Positions 27,185 through 36,573 of a stretch of 64,000 nucleotides of DNA are shown piece after piece. A model generated the notes under the pieces. That model had not been told where the DNA came from. It did not search any database and saw nothing but the letters and a program-made list of their open reading frames with translations. This stretch comes from Erysipelotrichaceae bacterium (lineage in GTDB: Bacteria; Bacillota_I; Bacilli_A; ML615J-28; CAG-313). Location: positions 16,724 to 80,723 of the forward strand of contig SVBG01000005.1 in NCBI GenBank assembly GCA_015059015.1. The letters run 5' to 3'. Every line of letters begins with the position of its first letter. Positions within the stretch are counted from its first letter, which is position 1. Both the position numbers and the translations under genes were made by a program.

Positions 27185-28087
27185 ATGATTTTTTCTAAAT
27201 TAAGATCTATTTTTGCAGTACTTGTTATGTATGCTGCAGCAATTGTTGGATGTATCTTTTTATATCCATATTTAAATATAAAAGGTGATGTTGGTGAAAT
27301 TATTCTATTTAAAATATTAATACTTGATTTAATTGCAACAGTATTTATTTTTATTATGAGTTGTATATTTAAGAATTCATCAATTTATGATCCATATTGG
27401 AGCATAGCACCAATTGTAATGTCAATTAGTTTTTTATATCTTAGTGATAATATTAATTTATGGAGTGGAGTATTAGTTGTATTAATATGTGTATGGGGGA
27501 TTAGACTTACAATCAATTGGGCATCAAGATTTAATAATCTTCGCCATCAAGATTGGAGATATGTTCATTTTAAAGAAAAGTTCCCTAAGTTTTATCAGTT
27601 AATTAATTTCTTTGGAATTCATTTAATGCCAACAATTATTGTTGCGGTAGCAATGCTTCCTGCATTTAACTTTATTGGTGATGTAACTAAAGCAGGTTAT
27701 GAACCATCATTTATGACTATTATTGGATATTTGGTTATAATAATAGCTATTTTAATCGAAACTATAGCTGATTTACAAATGTCGATGTTTAAAAAAATCC
27801 CATCTAATCATGGACTTGTTATGACACAAGGACTTTGGAAAAATAGTCGTCATCCTAATTATTTTGGTGAAATACTATTTTGGTTTGGAATTTTTTTAGT
27901 ACATTTTAGTGTAAAAAATGCTAATCCTGCACTTGTGTTCTGTCCACTAGTTGTATTTGTATTATTCCAATTTGTTAGCATTCCAATGATGGATAAACGT
28001 CAACTTAATTCAAAACCAGCGTTTAAAGAATATATGGAAAGTACAAATCCATTATTACCTATTTTTCCACCAAAAAAAGATAAATAA
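27185..28087 (+). CDS. DUF1295 / steroid-5-alpha-reductase-like membrane protein
   Basis: Multi-TM protein. 'GLWKNSRHPNYFGEILFWFG' is the signature of the DUF1295/ICMT-like fold. Confidence 0.7.
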   Translation: MIFSKLRSIFAVLVMYAAAIVGCIFLYPYLNIKGDVGEIILFKILILDLIATVFIFIMSCIFKNSSIYDPYWSIAPIVMSISFLYLSDNINLWSGVLVVLICVWGIRLTINWASRFNNLRHQDWRYVHFKEKFPKFYQLINFFGIHLMPTIIVAVAMLPAFNFIGDVTKAGYEPSFMTIIGYLVIIIAILIETIADLQMSMFKKIPSNHGLVMTQGLWKNSRHPNYFGEILFWFGIFLVHFSVKNANPALVFCPLVVFVLFQFVSIPMMDKRQLNSKPAFKEYMESTNPLLPIFPPKKDK

Positions 28088-28118
28088 AAAATAACAGCCA
28101 TTTGGCTGTTATTTTATT
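28088..28118. terminator. Bidirectional intrinsic terminator
   Basis: ATAACAGCC-ATTT-GGCTGTTAT with A-run and T-run flanks, between convergent genes. Confidence 0.75.
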
Positions 28119-28690
28119 ATGATTTGGTTGTTTGTAAGAGTAATTAAAATTTCTTTTAATGTAGTAATATCTGATTCTGGGACTTTAATAGTTAGTGTAA
28201 CATTAGTAGTAAAGCCTTTAGATACTATTTCGTAATTCTTTAGTTTATTTTCTATTATATTCATGAAACCATAGTTAAATGTTAATTCTAACGTTTGGTA
28301 ATTAATTATAGGTTGTGTTCCTGCTTCTTTAAGTGCAAGGCTTGCAGAAGATGAATAAGCTCTAACAAGTCCTCCTGCTCCTAGTTTAATTCCACCAAAG
28401 TATCTAACTACGATGCAAACAAAGTTTGTGATGTCATTTTTTTTAAATACATCTAGGACTGGTAGTCCTGCAGTACCACTTGGTTCTCCGTCATCATTAG
28501 CATGACCATGTTCACCAGTTGGTCCTACTAAGTATGCTGTTACATGGTGTGTGGCATTTGGGTGTAGTTCTTTAATTTCTTTAATGTAGTTTTTAGCATC
28601 AAGTGGTGTAGTTACTAACTTTAAATATGTTATAAAACTACTTTTATTGATTTCTTGTTCTACAATAACGTCTTTTCCAATTGTGTTCAT
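28109..28690 (-). CDS. yigZ: YigZ/IMPACT family protein
   Basis: 'SSFITYL', 'HPNATHHVTAYLVG', 'NDDGEPSGTAGLPVL', 'VVRYFGGIKLGAGGLVRAY'. Confidence 0.85.
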   Translation of the reverse strand: MNTIGKDVIVEQEINKSSFITYLKLVTTPLDAKNYIKEIKELHPNATHHVTAYLVGPTGEHGHANDDGEPSGTAGLPVLDVFKKNDITNFVCIVVRYFGGIKLGAGGLVRAYSSSASLALKEAGTQPIINYQTLELTFNYGFMNIIENKLKNYEIVSKGFTTNVTLTIKVPESDITTLKEILITLTNNQIIIK

Positions 28691-28748
28691 AGTATGCTTC
28701 CTTTCCTTATTATTATAGCAAAAATTAAATAAAAAAGAAATTAATAAG

Positions 28749-28777
28749 TTTACAAAAGTATTAAAGTATAGTATAAT
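28749..28777 (+). promoter_or_regulatory. Sigma-A type promoter
   Basis: TTTACA, 17-nt spacer, TATAAT. Confidence 0.5.
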
Positions 28778-28799
28778 AGTAAATAAGAGGTATCTTAAA

Positions 28800-30095
28800 A
28801 TGATTAATACAAAGCGTTTTTATTTAAGAAAATTTAAAATAACTGATGCCATTGCTATGTTTAATAATTGGGCAAGTGACGATGAAGTTACAAAGTATTT
28901 AACATGGCAATCTCATCGTAATGTTGAAGTGTCAAAATCTTTTATTCAATATTTAATTGATACAAACAAAACAGATCTTGCAATATGTGATCGAGCAACT
29001 AATGAGGTTATTGGTGCCATTTCTAATGTTAAAGAAAATGCTGATTTTTCAGCTTGTGAAATTGGATATTGTTTATCAAGAAAATATTGGAATCAAGGAG
29101 TTATGACAGAAGTTTTAGATGCCTATTTAGACGATTTATTTAATAATAAAAATTATAAAGTTGTTGAAGCAGAACATATGGTAGAAAATGCAGCTTCAGG
29201 AGCTGTAATGATTAAATGTGGATTTAGATTTAACTATAATGCTGAGATATTAACTGATAAACATGGGTGGATTAATGTGAAACATTATTCGATTACTAAA
29301 GAAGAATACTTAATGCATAAGTTACAACTGTTATTAAATAATTTTTTAAATAGTAGAATTCCTTTGTTTTCAACACTTAATCAAACGATAAATTATTTAA
29401 GTAATAATGGATATTTAGTTAATGTTGTAAATACGATATGTGATTCAAAAGTTCGTTATAAATCTATTGATGATGTTTTAGTAATTAAGAAAAGTGAGTA
29501 TAATATAAATTCGTACTATTTTATTGGTAAAAGTAATAAGAAAGAATTATTTAAAAAATATGTTAATGACTTTTTATGTACAAATCAGTTATTTATTATA
29601 TCAGAAGGAAATGTTTCTATAGAAGAAGTTCTTGTGAAGATGTTAATTAAAAATAATCTTACAATTAGTTTTGCGGAAAGTTGTACTGGTGGATTAATGG
29701 CTGCTACATTGATTAATGTAAGTGGTGCATCTAGTGTTTTAAATGAAAGTTATGTAACTTATAGTAATAATGCTAAAAATAAAATTTTGGGTGTAAATAA
29801 AAATACAATTGATGAATTTTCGGTTTATTCAAAAGAAACAGCTTTTGAAATGGCTAAAGGTTTATCTATGGTGTCTAAATCTAATGTATGTGTTAGTATT
29901 ACAGGACTTGCAGGTGGAAGTAGTTATCACCCTGGAGATGGTAGTTATCATTCCTGTATAATAGTTAATTATAATAATAAAGAAGTAATAATTGAACTTG
30001 CAAAACATGAAAAAGGTACACGTAATGATGTTAGAAGAAAACAAGTTAATTATGTATTTTATCAAATAATTAAAGCTCTAAGAGAAATTCTTTAG
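28800..30095 (+). CDS. Fusion protein: N-terminal GNAT (RimJ/RimL-like) acetyltransferase + C-terminal CinA/PncC-type nicotinamide-nucleotide amidase domain
   Basis: N-terminus 'RFYLRKFKITDAIAMFNNWASDDEVTKYLTW...EIGYCLSRKYWNQG' is GNAT-like. C-terminus 'ISFAESCTGGLMAATLINVSGASSVLNESYVTYSNNAKNKILGV...ITGLAGG' is the CinA C-terminal domain. About 100 aa of unknown linker lies between them. Confidence 0.75.
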   Translation: MINTKRFYLRKFKITDAIAMFNNWASDDEVTKYLTWQSHRNVEVSKSFIQYLIDTNKTDLAICDRATNEVIGAISNVKENADFSACEIGYCLSRKYWNQGVMTEVLDAYLDDLFNNKNYKVVEAEHMVENAASGAVMIKCGFRFNYNAEILTDKHGWINVKHYSITKEEYLMHKLQLLLNNFLNSRIPLFSTLNQTINYLSNNGYLVNVVNTICDSKVRYKSIDDVLVIKKSEYNINSYYFIGKSNKKELFKKYVNDFLCTNQLFIISEGNVSIEEVLVKMLIKNNLTISFAESCTGGLMAATLINVSGASSVLNESYVTYSNNAKNKILGVNKNTIDEFSVYSKETAFEMAKGLSMVSKSNVCVSITGLAGGSSYHPGDGSYHSCIIVNYNNKEVIIELAKHEKGTRNDVRRKQVNYVFYQIIKALREIL

Positions 30096-30130
30096 GGCTT
30101 TTTCTTTTAAAAAATAATAGGTAATTGTAG

Positions 30131-30159
30131 TTGAAAAAAAGTTCAAATTATGGTATACT
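30131..30159 (+). promoter_or_regulatory. Sigma-A type promoter upstream of tex (leaves a ~140-nt leader)
   Basis: TTGAAA, 17-nt spacer ending in TGG, TATACT. Confidence 0.5.
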
Positions 30160-30299
30160 ATCTAAGGATATTTTGAGATATCTATTGTGTTGGAAAATTT
30201 AATATATTCTTATAAAGTTCGTATGTGATGGAAAAACCGTTGACATATTAACTCTGTAAAATACCAAACAAAAAGACTATAAAAAAAGCGGAGGTTAAA

Positions 30300-32726
30300 A
30301 TGGAAAACGATTATATTAATGACGCCCTTCTTGGGAAGATTTCTCGTGAGCAAAACGTTAAAATTTCCCAAATTAGAGCAGTGTTACAATTAATTGAAGG
30401 TGGTGCAACTGTACCATTTATCGCTCGTTATCGTAAAGAAGTTACTGGCGGGTTAGACGAAGAGCAAATTAGAGCTATTTATACTGAATGGGATTATGGT
30501 CAAAAGCTTGCTCAAAGAAAAGAAGACGTTATGCGTCTTATTGAAGAAAAGGGTAAACTTACTCCTGAATTAAAAGAAGCTATTATTAAAGCAACTAAAC
30601 TTGCTGAAATTGAAGATATTTATCGTCCATTTAAGGAAAAGAAAAAGACTCGTGCAACTGATGCTAAGAAAAAAGGCTTAGATCCACTTGCAGAATATTT
30701 ATTATCATTTCCTCTTGAAGGTGATGTTGAGGCTGAAGCAGCTAAATATGTTACAAATCTTGAAGGTAAGACTGATGAAGAAATTGAAACAATGAAAAAA
30801 GAAGGTCTTATTGTTAAGAATACAGCTGAAGCTATTCAAGGTGCAAAAGACATTATTGCAGAAGTTGTTTCTGATGATGCTCATTACCGTTCATGGATTC
30901 GTGATTATTTTGAAAAGAATGCTAGTATTAAATGTACTGTTAAAGATGCAACTCTTGATGAAAAGAAAGTTTATGAAATGTATTATGATTATTCTGAACC
31001 TATCAAGACTGTTAAACTTCATAGAATTCTAGCTATCAATAGAGCAGAAGCAGAAAAAGTTATTAAAGTAGAACTTGTTGAAGATTACGCAACAGTACTT
31101 AACTACATTTGTTCAGATAAAATCACAGTTGCAGAAAGCATTACTGCTCCTCTTGTAAGAGAAGCATGTGAAGATGCTTATGAAAGATTAATTAAATCTG
31201 CTATTGTACGCGAAATTCGTGGTGATTTAAAAGATAAAGCTGAAAATCAAGCTATTCATATCTTTGGTGAAAACTTAAGAAATTACTTGTTACAACCTCC
31301 AATGAAAGGCAAAACTGTTCTTGGTGTTGACCCTGCGTTTAGAACAGGTTGTAAATTAGCAGTAGTAGATGCAACAGGAAAACTTCTTGAAAAGAGTGTA
31401 ATGTACCCTCATCAAAAGAGTAAGGATGAAGTTGTTCCACCAGGACGTTATGCTAATGCTGTTGAAATATTTAAAGATTTAGTACTTCGTCATAATGTTG
31501 AAGTTGTTGCTATGGGTAATGGTACTGCTTCTCGTGAAACTGAAGCATTCGTTGCAGGAACACTTGGTGCAATGAAAGAACAATTAGATGATCTTGGACG
31601 TGAAGTTAAATATATTATCGTTAATGAAGCTGGTGCATCTGTTTATTCTGCATCTGACATCGCTCGTGATGAATTCCCTGATTTCTCTGTTGAAGAACGT
31701 TCAGCTATTTCTATCGCAAGACGTCTTCAAGATCCACTTGCAGAACTTGTTAAAATTGATCCTAAATCAATTGGTGTAGGTCAATATCAACATGACGTTA
31801 CTCAAAGTAAACTTGCTGAAAGCCTTGATTTTGTAGTTACTACAGCAGTTAACCAAGTTGGTGTTAATATCAATACTGCATCACCTTCACTACTTAAATA
31901 TGTTGCAGGGCTTAATGCAGGTACTGCTAAGAAGATTGTTGCACATCGTGAGGAAAATGGTCGTTTTGACAACCGTGAAGATATTAAAGTTAAAGGTGTT
32001 GGTCCTAAAGCATTAGAACAAGCTATTGGTTTCTTAAGAATTGTAGATGGTAATGAACCACTTGATATGACTGGTATCCACCCTGAAAGCTATGCAGCTG
32101 CTCGTGCAATTTTAGAAAAGCTTGGATTCTCATCAGCTGATTTAGGTAAAGCAGAATTAGTTGAAAAAGTTAAAGCTATTACTCCTGAAGAATTAAAAGC
32201 ACTTCAAGAAGAATTAAATATTGGTGAATATACAATAAAAGATATTTTAGATGCATTCTGTAGTCCATTACGTGACCCACGTGATGTAATTGAAGCACCT
32301 ATTCTTAAGAGTGATGTCCTTCACTTAGAAGACTTAAAAGTAGGTATGGAATTACAAGGTACAGTACGTAATGTTACAGACTTTGGTGCATTTGTTGACT
32401 GTGGATTACATGATGATGGATTAGTACATATTTCAAAAATGTCAACAGGATTTATTAAGCATCCACTAGATGCAGTTCATGTAGGACAAATCGTTAAAGT
32501 ATGGGTACTTGAAGTTGATCTAAAGAAAGAAAGATTACAACTTACAATGATTGACCCTGAAGCTCCTAAACCTGCACCTAGAGAAGCAAGAACACCTAAT
32601 AATAGAAGACCTAAAGAACCTAGACAAGACGTTAAACGCGCTAATCAAAAACCACAAAATAAGCGCAAAAAGATGCCTGAGTTACCTTTCGCAGTTAAAG
32701 AAAGACCTCATCTAGGCAGAAAGTAA
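30300..32726 (+). CDS. tex: Tex-like transcription accessory protein (YqgF/HhH/S1 domains)
   Basis: 'VPFIARYRKEVTGGLDE', YqgF-like 'VLGVDPAFRTGCKLAVVD', HhH region, S1 domain 'GTVRNVTDFGAFVD', basic C-terminal tail. Confidence 0.95.
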   Translation: MENDYINDALLGKISREQNVKISQIRAVLQLIEGGATVPFIARYRKEVTGGLDEEQIRAIYTEWDYGQKLAQRKEDVMRLIEEKGKLTPELKEAIIKATKLAEIEDIYRPFKEKKKTRATDAKKKGLDPLAEYLLSFPLEGDVEAEAAKYVTNLEGKTDEEIETMKKEGLIVKNTAEAIQGAKDIIAEVVSDDAHYRSWIRDYFEKNASIKCTVKDATLDEKKVYEMYYDYSEPIKTVKLHRILAINRAEAEKVIKVELVEDYATVLNYICSDKITVAESITAPLVREACEDAYERLIKSAIVREIRGDLKDKAENQAIHIFGENLRNYLLQPPMKGKTVLGVDPAFRTGCKLAVVDATGKLLEKSVMYPHQKSKDEVVPPGRYANAVEIFKDLVLRHNVEVVAMGNGTASRETEAFVAGTLGAMKEQLDDLGREVKYIIVNEAGASVYSASDIARDEFPDFSVEERSAISIARRLQDPLAELVKIDPKSIGVGQYQHDVTQSKLAESLDFVVTTAVNQVGVNINTASPSLLKYVAGLNAGTAKKIVAHREENGRFDNREDIKVKGVGPKALEQAIGFLRIVDGNEPLDMTGIHPESYAAARAILEKLGFSSADLGKAELVEKVKAITPEELKALQEELNIGEYTIKDILDAFCSPLRDPRDVIEAPILKSDVLHLEDLKVGMELQGTVRNVTDFGAFVDCGLHDDGLVHISKMSTGFIKHPLDAVHVGQIVKVWVLEVDLKKERLQLTMIDPEAPKPAPREARTPNNRRPKEPRQDVKRANQKPQNKRKKMPELPFAVKERPHLGRK

Positions 32727-32753
32727 TTTAAAAATATAAGGAGAAAATTAATT

Positions 32754-32984
32754 ATGGTATTCGAAAAAGTTAAGAAAATTATTGTAAAAGAATTAAGTGT
32801 TGCTGAAGAAAAAGTAACTATGGAAGCAAGTCTTGTGGAAGACTTAGAAGCTGATTCACTTGATGCTGTTGAAATTATTGTTGCAATTGAAGAGGAATTT
32901 GGACTTCAAGTAGATGACGAAGCTGCTGAAAATGTTAAAACAGTTGGCGATTTAGTTAGATGTATTGAAGCAAATTTAAAATAA
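32754..32984 (+). CDS. acpP: Acyl carrier protein
   Basis: 76 aa, '[24 protein letters not shown]' with the phosphopantetheine Ser in DSLD. Confidence 0.9.
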   Translation: MVFEKVKKIIVKELSVAEEKVTMEASLVEDLEADSLDAVEIIVAIEEEFGLQVDDEAAENVKTVGDLVRCIEANLK

Positions 32985-32997
32985 TTAATTAAAAAAG

Positions 32998-33038
32998 AGT
33001 CAATAATGTGATTTAATCATATTGTTGACTTTTATTTT
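32998..33038 (+). terminator. Intrinsic terminator after acpP
   Basis: AGTCAATAATGTGA-TTTAA-TCATATTGTTGACT (two G-U pairs) followed by TTTATTTT. Confidence 0.65.
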
Positions 33039-33070
33039 ATTGTAAAAAAATGGTTTAAAAGTAATATTTT

Positions 33071-33099
33071 TTGCTTTTAAATTAAAGATATGTTATAAT
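33071..33099 (+). promoter_or_regulatory. Sigma-A type promoter
   Basis: TTGCTT, 17-nt spacer ending in TGT, TATAAT. Confidence 0.5.
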
Positions 33100-33132
33100 A
33101 ATTATGAAAAATAATGAATCGAGGTATAAAAA

Positions 33133-33477
33133 ATGAAAAAAATATTATTTGCTATATGTTTATGTTTATTACTTGTTAATGTATCTTGTACAAATACTAG
33201 TGAAAGTGTTAAAAAAGGTACAATTGATTTAACTGTTGATACTAAAAATATGACAGTTGATAAAGTTGATGATGCTGATTGGTATACTGTATCGGTTAAA
33301 AATAGTAGTGATTTACAATATATCGTTGTTACTGTAAAAATTACTAATAATGATTATCTTCCAAAAAAATGTAAATTAGTTGTTAATGGTGAAGAAATCG
33401 ATAGTAAAAAATATACTATTGAAGATAAAACAATCACATATAAAATGGATGATCCAAACTGGTCTGATTTCATTTAA
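33133..33477 (+). CDS. Small lipoprotein, unknown function
   Basis: Signal peptide with lipobox 'LLVNVSC'. RBS GAGG upstream. Confidence 0.6.
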   Translation: MKKILFAICLCLLLVNVSCTNTSESVKKGTIDLTVDTKNMTVDKVDDADWYTVSVKNSSDLQYIVVTVKITNNDYLPKKCKLVVNGEEIDSKKYTIEDKTITYKMDDPNWSDFI

Positions 33478-33491
33478 AATAGGAGTTAAAT

Positions 33492-34385
33492 ATGGCTACT
33501 GAAAAAGATGAAAATAAGAAAAAAACATCTACAAAAAAAGAAGTAGAACAAAAAACAACTAAAAAAGCTCCTGCAAAAAAAACAACTTCAAAAAAAGAAA
33601 CTAGTTCATCTAAAAAGTCAACAACTAAGGAACCTGCTAAAAAATCAACTTCAAAGAAAACGCCAGTAAAAAAAGTAATTGACCCTCGTACTGGTAAAGT
33701 TGTTACAGCTGGTAAAAAAGAAACTCCTAAAAAGGAACCAGTTAAACCTGTTGTAAAAGTTGAAATAAAAGAAGAACCAAAAAAGAAAACTAAACTTCCA
33801 AAGAAAACTTCTAAAGAACTTACTATTGAAGTACCTAAAAAAGAACCAGAACCATTAGTTCGTCCTACTCCAAAGAAACAAAAAGAATTAAGTAAAGAAG
33901 ATAAAGTTCTATATAAACAATTATGTGAAGCATTTGATTTTGTTATTAATATGGGGAATGTAATTGAAGATAGAACAATGGATAGAAAACTTATTCCAGA
34001 TTTGGCACTTGGTGAATTACATGTTATTGAAACTGTTAACAAAAATAATAACAAACCAATGACACTTATTGCAAAAAAAGAACATGTTACAGTAGGTGCT
34101 TTAACTACATGTGTTAATAGACTTGTTCAAAAGGGTTATTTACTTAGAACAAGAGATGAAATGGATCAACGTGTAATTTTACTTTCAATCACTCAAAAAG
34201 GTAAAAAAGTATTAAAAGCTCATGATAAATTTCATGATGATATTATTGGATTAACTTTAGAAGGTGTGAATCTTGCACAAGCAACAAAAGTAATGACTCA
34301 ATTTGCACATATTTTAGAAGTATATTATGATCCATCACTTTTAAATGTTAAAGAACCTGCTAAAAAAGGCTCAAAGAAAAAATAA
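33492..34385 (+). CDS. MarR-family transcriptional regulator with ~130-aa lysine-rich N-terminal extension
   Basis: N-terminus is a run of KK/TSKK/PAKK/PKK units. C-terminus 'LGELHVIETV...MTLIAKKEHVTVGALTTCVNRLVQKGYLLRTRDEMDQRVILLSITQKGKKV' is a MarR winged helix. Confidence 0.8.
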   Translation: MATEKDENKKKTSTKKEVEQKTTKKAPAKKTTSKKETSSSKKSTTKEPAKKSTSKKTPVKKVIDPRTGKVVTAGKKETPKKEPVKPVVKVEIKEEPKKKTKLPKKTSKELTIEVPKKEPEPLVRPTPKKQKELSKEDKVLYKQLCEAFDFVINMGNVIEDRTMDRKLIPDLALGELHVIETVNKNNNKPMTLIAKKEHVTVGALTTCVNRLVQKGYLLRTRDEMDQRVILLSITQKGKKVLKAHDKFHDDIIGLTLEGVNLAQATKVMTQFAHILEVYYDPSLLNVKEPAKKGSKKK

Positions 34386-34394
34386 AAAATTAAA

Positions 34395-34424
34395 AACATC
34401 CACTTTAATTAGTGGATGTTTTGT
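34395..34424. terminator. Bidirectional intrinsic terminator
   Basis: AACATCCACT-TTAATT-AGTGGATGTT with A-run and T-rich flanks. Overlaps the 3' end of the minus-strand gene. Confidence 0.7.
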
Positions 34425-35097
34425 CATTTATAACACTTAATGCAATTAACGTTTGTGATGGAACATAAAATAACCATGCAAAATTAAATGGTGGATTAGA
34501 AAGAAAATTTAAAATTATATTATTACTGACATTAATATAAGAATCATTTAGAATCGCTATACCTATTTGTAAATCGCATAATGAAAATAATAATAAACCA
34601 ATAGAGAATAAAATGGATTTATTTGATTTTCTAAATGCAATTATTATGTTTATAATTAAATTTGCATAATAGAATGTAGATATGATACTTAAAAAATCAG
34701 TCTTTTCTTTTAATATAATTATAGTTAGTATAATAATTAAGATACTAGTTGTAATTCTTGTAATAATATGAATAAATTTTTCTTTTTTAGACTTCTCATT
34801 TAAATATAATCTTAAAAAATAACACATTTGTGTTATTGAAAAACAAATCATAGCAGGTATTTGTAACATTGGAGTTATTACAACCAAGAATAAGTCTGCA
34901 AATACTGTAAATAATAATCCAAGTTGAGTTAAAAAGGAATCCTTTTTTAAGAAAATAAAAGAAAAACCACATGCTATAACAACAGATAAATAACATAAAA
35001 CTATATGTAAAGTTTGATGTGTAAATTGAATTAATATTCCTAAAATAATTTCAATTATTATAAATAAACTTGTCATTAATATTAATTTTCTATTCAT
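34405..35097 (-). CDS. Polytopic membrane protein (possibly YhhN/lysoplasmalogenase-like)
   Basis: About 7 hydrophobic helices over 230 aa. RBS AAAGGA. Family guess rests only on size and topology. Confidence 0.4.
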   Translation of the reverse strand: MNRKLILMTSLFIIIEIILGILIQFTHQTLHIVLCYLSVVIACGFSFIFLKKDSFLTQLGLLFTVFADLFLVVITPMLQIPAMICFSITQMCYFLRLYLNEKSKKEKFIHIITRITTSILIIILTIIILKEKTDFLSIISTFYYANLIINIIIAFRKSNKSILFSIGLLLFSLCDLQIGIAILNDSYINVSNNIILNFLSNPPFNFAWLFYVPSQTLIALSVINDKTSTN

Positions 35098-35282
35098 AAG
35101 TATATTCCTTTAGTTTTTTTATAATTAATATTATTTTACTATAAATGATCTAAATAATCAATAGGCTCTTTATTAGAATACATAAAAACATTAATAAAAA
35201 ACATTATAAAAATTATAAAAAAAGATGTATAATTATTAAAATACTGAATATAATAATATTGAACATGAAAGAGGTGTATTAA

Positions 35283-36029
35283 ATGAAAAAAATCTTTCTT
35301 GGCATCACAATCATGTTTATAATGTTTTTTACAACATCGTATGTGTCTCTTGATGCATATGGATTTGGTTTCACAAGAAATGATGACCATAAAACTCCTG
35401 AAATTGGTAAGTACAAAGCTATCATAGATGGAACTGATAGCTACTATGTTGGTGATACGAATGAAAAAGTTATCTACCTAACTTTTGATGCTGGGTATGA
35501 TAATGGAGAACTACCAAAAATTTTAGATATTTTAAGCGAAAAGAATATTTTGGCTAGTTTCTTTTTAACAGGTGATTTTGTAAAAAGATTTCCTGAACTA
35601 ACAATTCGGATGGCTCATGAAGGTCACACCATTTGTAATCATACTTATAACCATACTAATATAACAAAACTTAGTATAGATGAGTTAAAAGTAGAACTTA
35701 CAAAATTAGAAGAAGCTTACTTTAATTTAACAGGTATGAATATGGTTAAATATTTTAGACCACCTGAAGGTGAATTTGATAGAACTTCCCTTTTAAATGT
35801 AAAAAGCCTTGGGTATAAAACAGTATTCTGGTCTAGTGCTTATTGTGACTGGAATGTAAATGGTCAAAAATCAGTGGAGTATACAAAAGAAATGTATTTA
35901 AATAATCTCCATAATGGTGCAATTTTATTAATGCACAGTGTATCTAGTAGCAACCGTGAAGCTTTATCTTGCATTATTGATGAAGTTATAGAATTAGGTT
36001 ATACCTTTAAAACTGTTACTTCACTTTAG
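35283..36029 (+). CDS. pdaA: Polysaccharide deacetylase, PdaA-like (delta-lactam-biosynthetic de-N-acetylase family)
   Basis: Signal peptide. NodB motifs 'YLTFDAGYDNG', 'ASFFLTG', 'HTICNHTYNH', 'YFRPPEGEF', 'LLMHSV'. Confidence 0.75.
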   Translation: MKKIFLGITIMFIMFFTTSYVSLDAYGFGFTRNDDHKTPEIGKYKAIIDGTDSYYVGDTNEKVIYLTFDAGYDNGELPKILDILSEKNILASFFLTGDFVKRFPELTIRMAHEGHTICNHTYNHTNITKLSIDELKVELTKLEEAYFNLTGMNMVKYFRPPEGEFDRTSLLNVKSLGYKTVFWSSAYCDWNVNGQKSVEYTKEMYLNNLHNGAILLMHSVSSSNREALSCIIDEVIELGYTFKTVTSL

Positions 36030-36042
36030 AGACAAAAAAGAA

Positions 36043-36072
36043 GCCCTTAAAGTAATTTAAGGACTTTTTTTT
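36043..36072. terminator. Bidirectional intrinsic terminator
   Basis: CCTTAAA-GTAA-TTTAAGG with an upstream A-run and downstream TTTTTTTT, between convergent genes. Confidence 0.65.
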
Positions 36073-36073
36073 A

Positions 36074-36460
36074 TTATAGATAGCCTCTTTCTCCTTTATC
36101 GCCACCTAAATATAAATCTAATGCATATTCATATGTCTTTGCAGAAGTATCAGAAGAAAAATCTTCATCTACTAAATATGTAAAATAGAAACTTGATGTT
36201 CTACCACTAGAAGTAGTATATGTACCTTTATAATAATATGTATCAAATTGTTCTAAATAAACATAACTCAAAGATAAATTTTTCTCAAGTATTTCTCGAT
36301 ATTTACTTACACTTACACCTGCATCTTTAGCACCAATTTCTAAGTAGACTTCCCATCCTCTCTTAGCTTTGTTAGTAGTTCCACCACCACAAGATACATT
36401 TACTAAACATAATACCATGATAACTAATACTAAACTTAAATTTTTAATTATTTTTTTCAT
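36074..36460 (-). CDS. Lipoprotein, unknown function
   Basis: GGAGG then ATG at 36460 (MKKIIKNL). Lipobox 'LVNVSCGGG'. Confidence 0.55.
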   Translation of the reverse strand: MKKIIKNLSLVLVIMVLCLVNVSCGGGTTNKAKRGWEVYLEIGAKDAGVSVSKYREILEKNLSLSYVYLEQFDTYYYKGTYTTSSGRTSSFYFTYLVDEDFSSDTSAKTYEYALDLYLGGDKGERGYL

Positions 36461-36573
36461 ATATTCCTCCATGTAAAATATCTTTACATTAAATAAGACA
36501 CAAAAAAAAGAATTTTATTTCATAAAATTGTATAAAAAAAGCCCTTATACTAATAAGGACTTTTTTTGTGTAA

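Noticed and set aside
30160-30299. ~140-nt leader upstream of tex as a possible riboswitch
   Set aside because: I could find only a weak 6-bp hairpin. There is no terminator/antiterminator pair and no motif of a known riboswitch class. The promoter assignment itself is uncertain.
33470-34054. 194-aa ORF on the minus strand opposite the MarR gene
   Set aside because: It mirrors the Lys-rich (AAA/AAG) coding region, so its Phe/Leu-rich product is a low-complexity antisense artefact. It has no RBS, and the plus-strand gene has a clear RBS and a MarR domain.
35139-35390. 83-aa minus-strand ORF
   Set aside because: It overlaps the promoter, RBS and signal-peptide coding region of the pdaA-like gene. 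It has no RBS and a low-complexity AT-rich translation.
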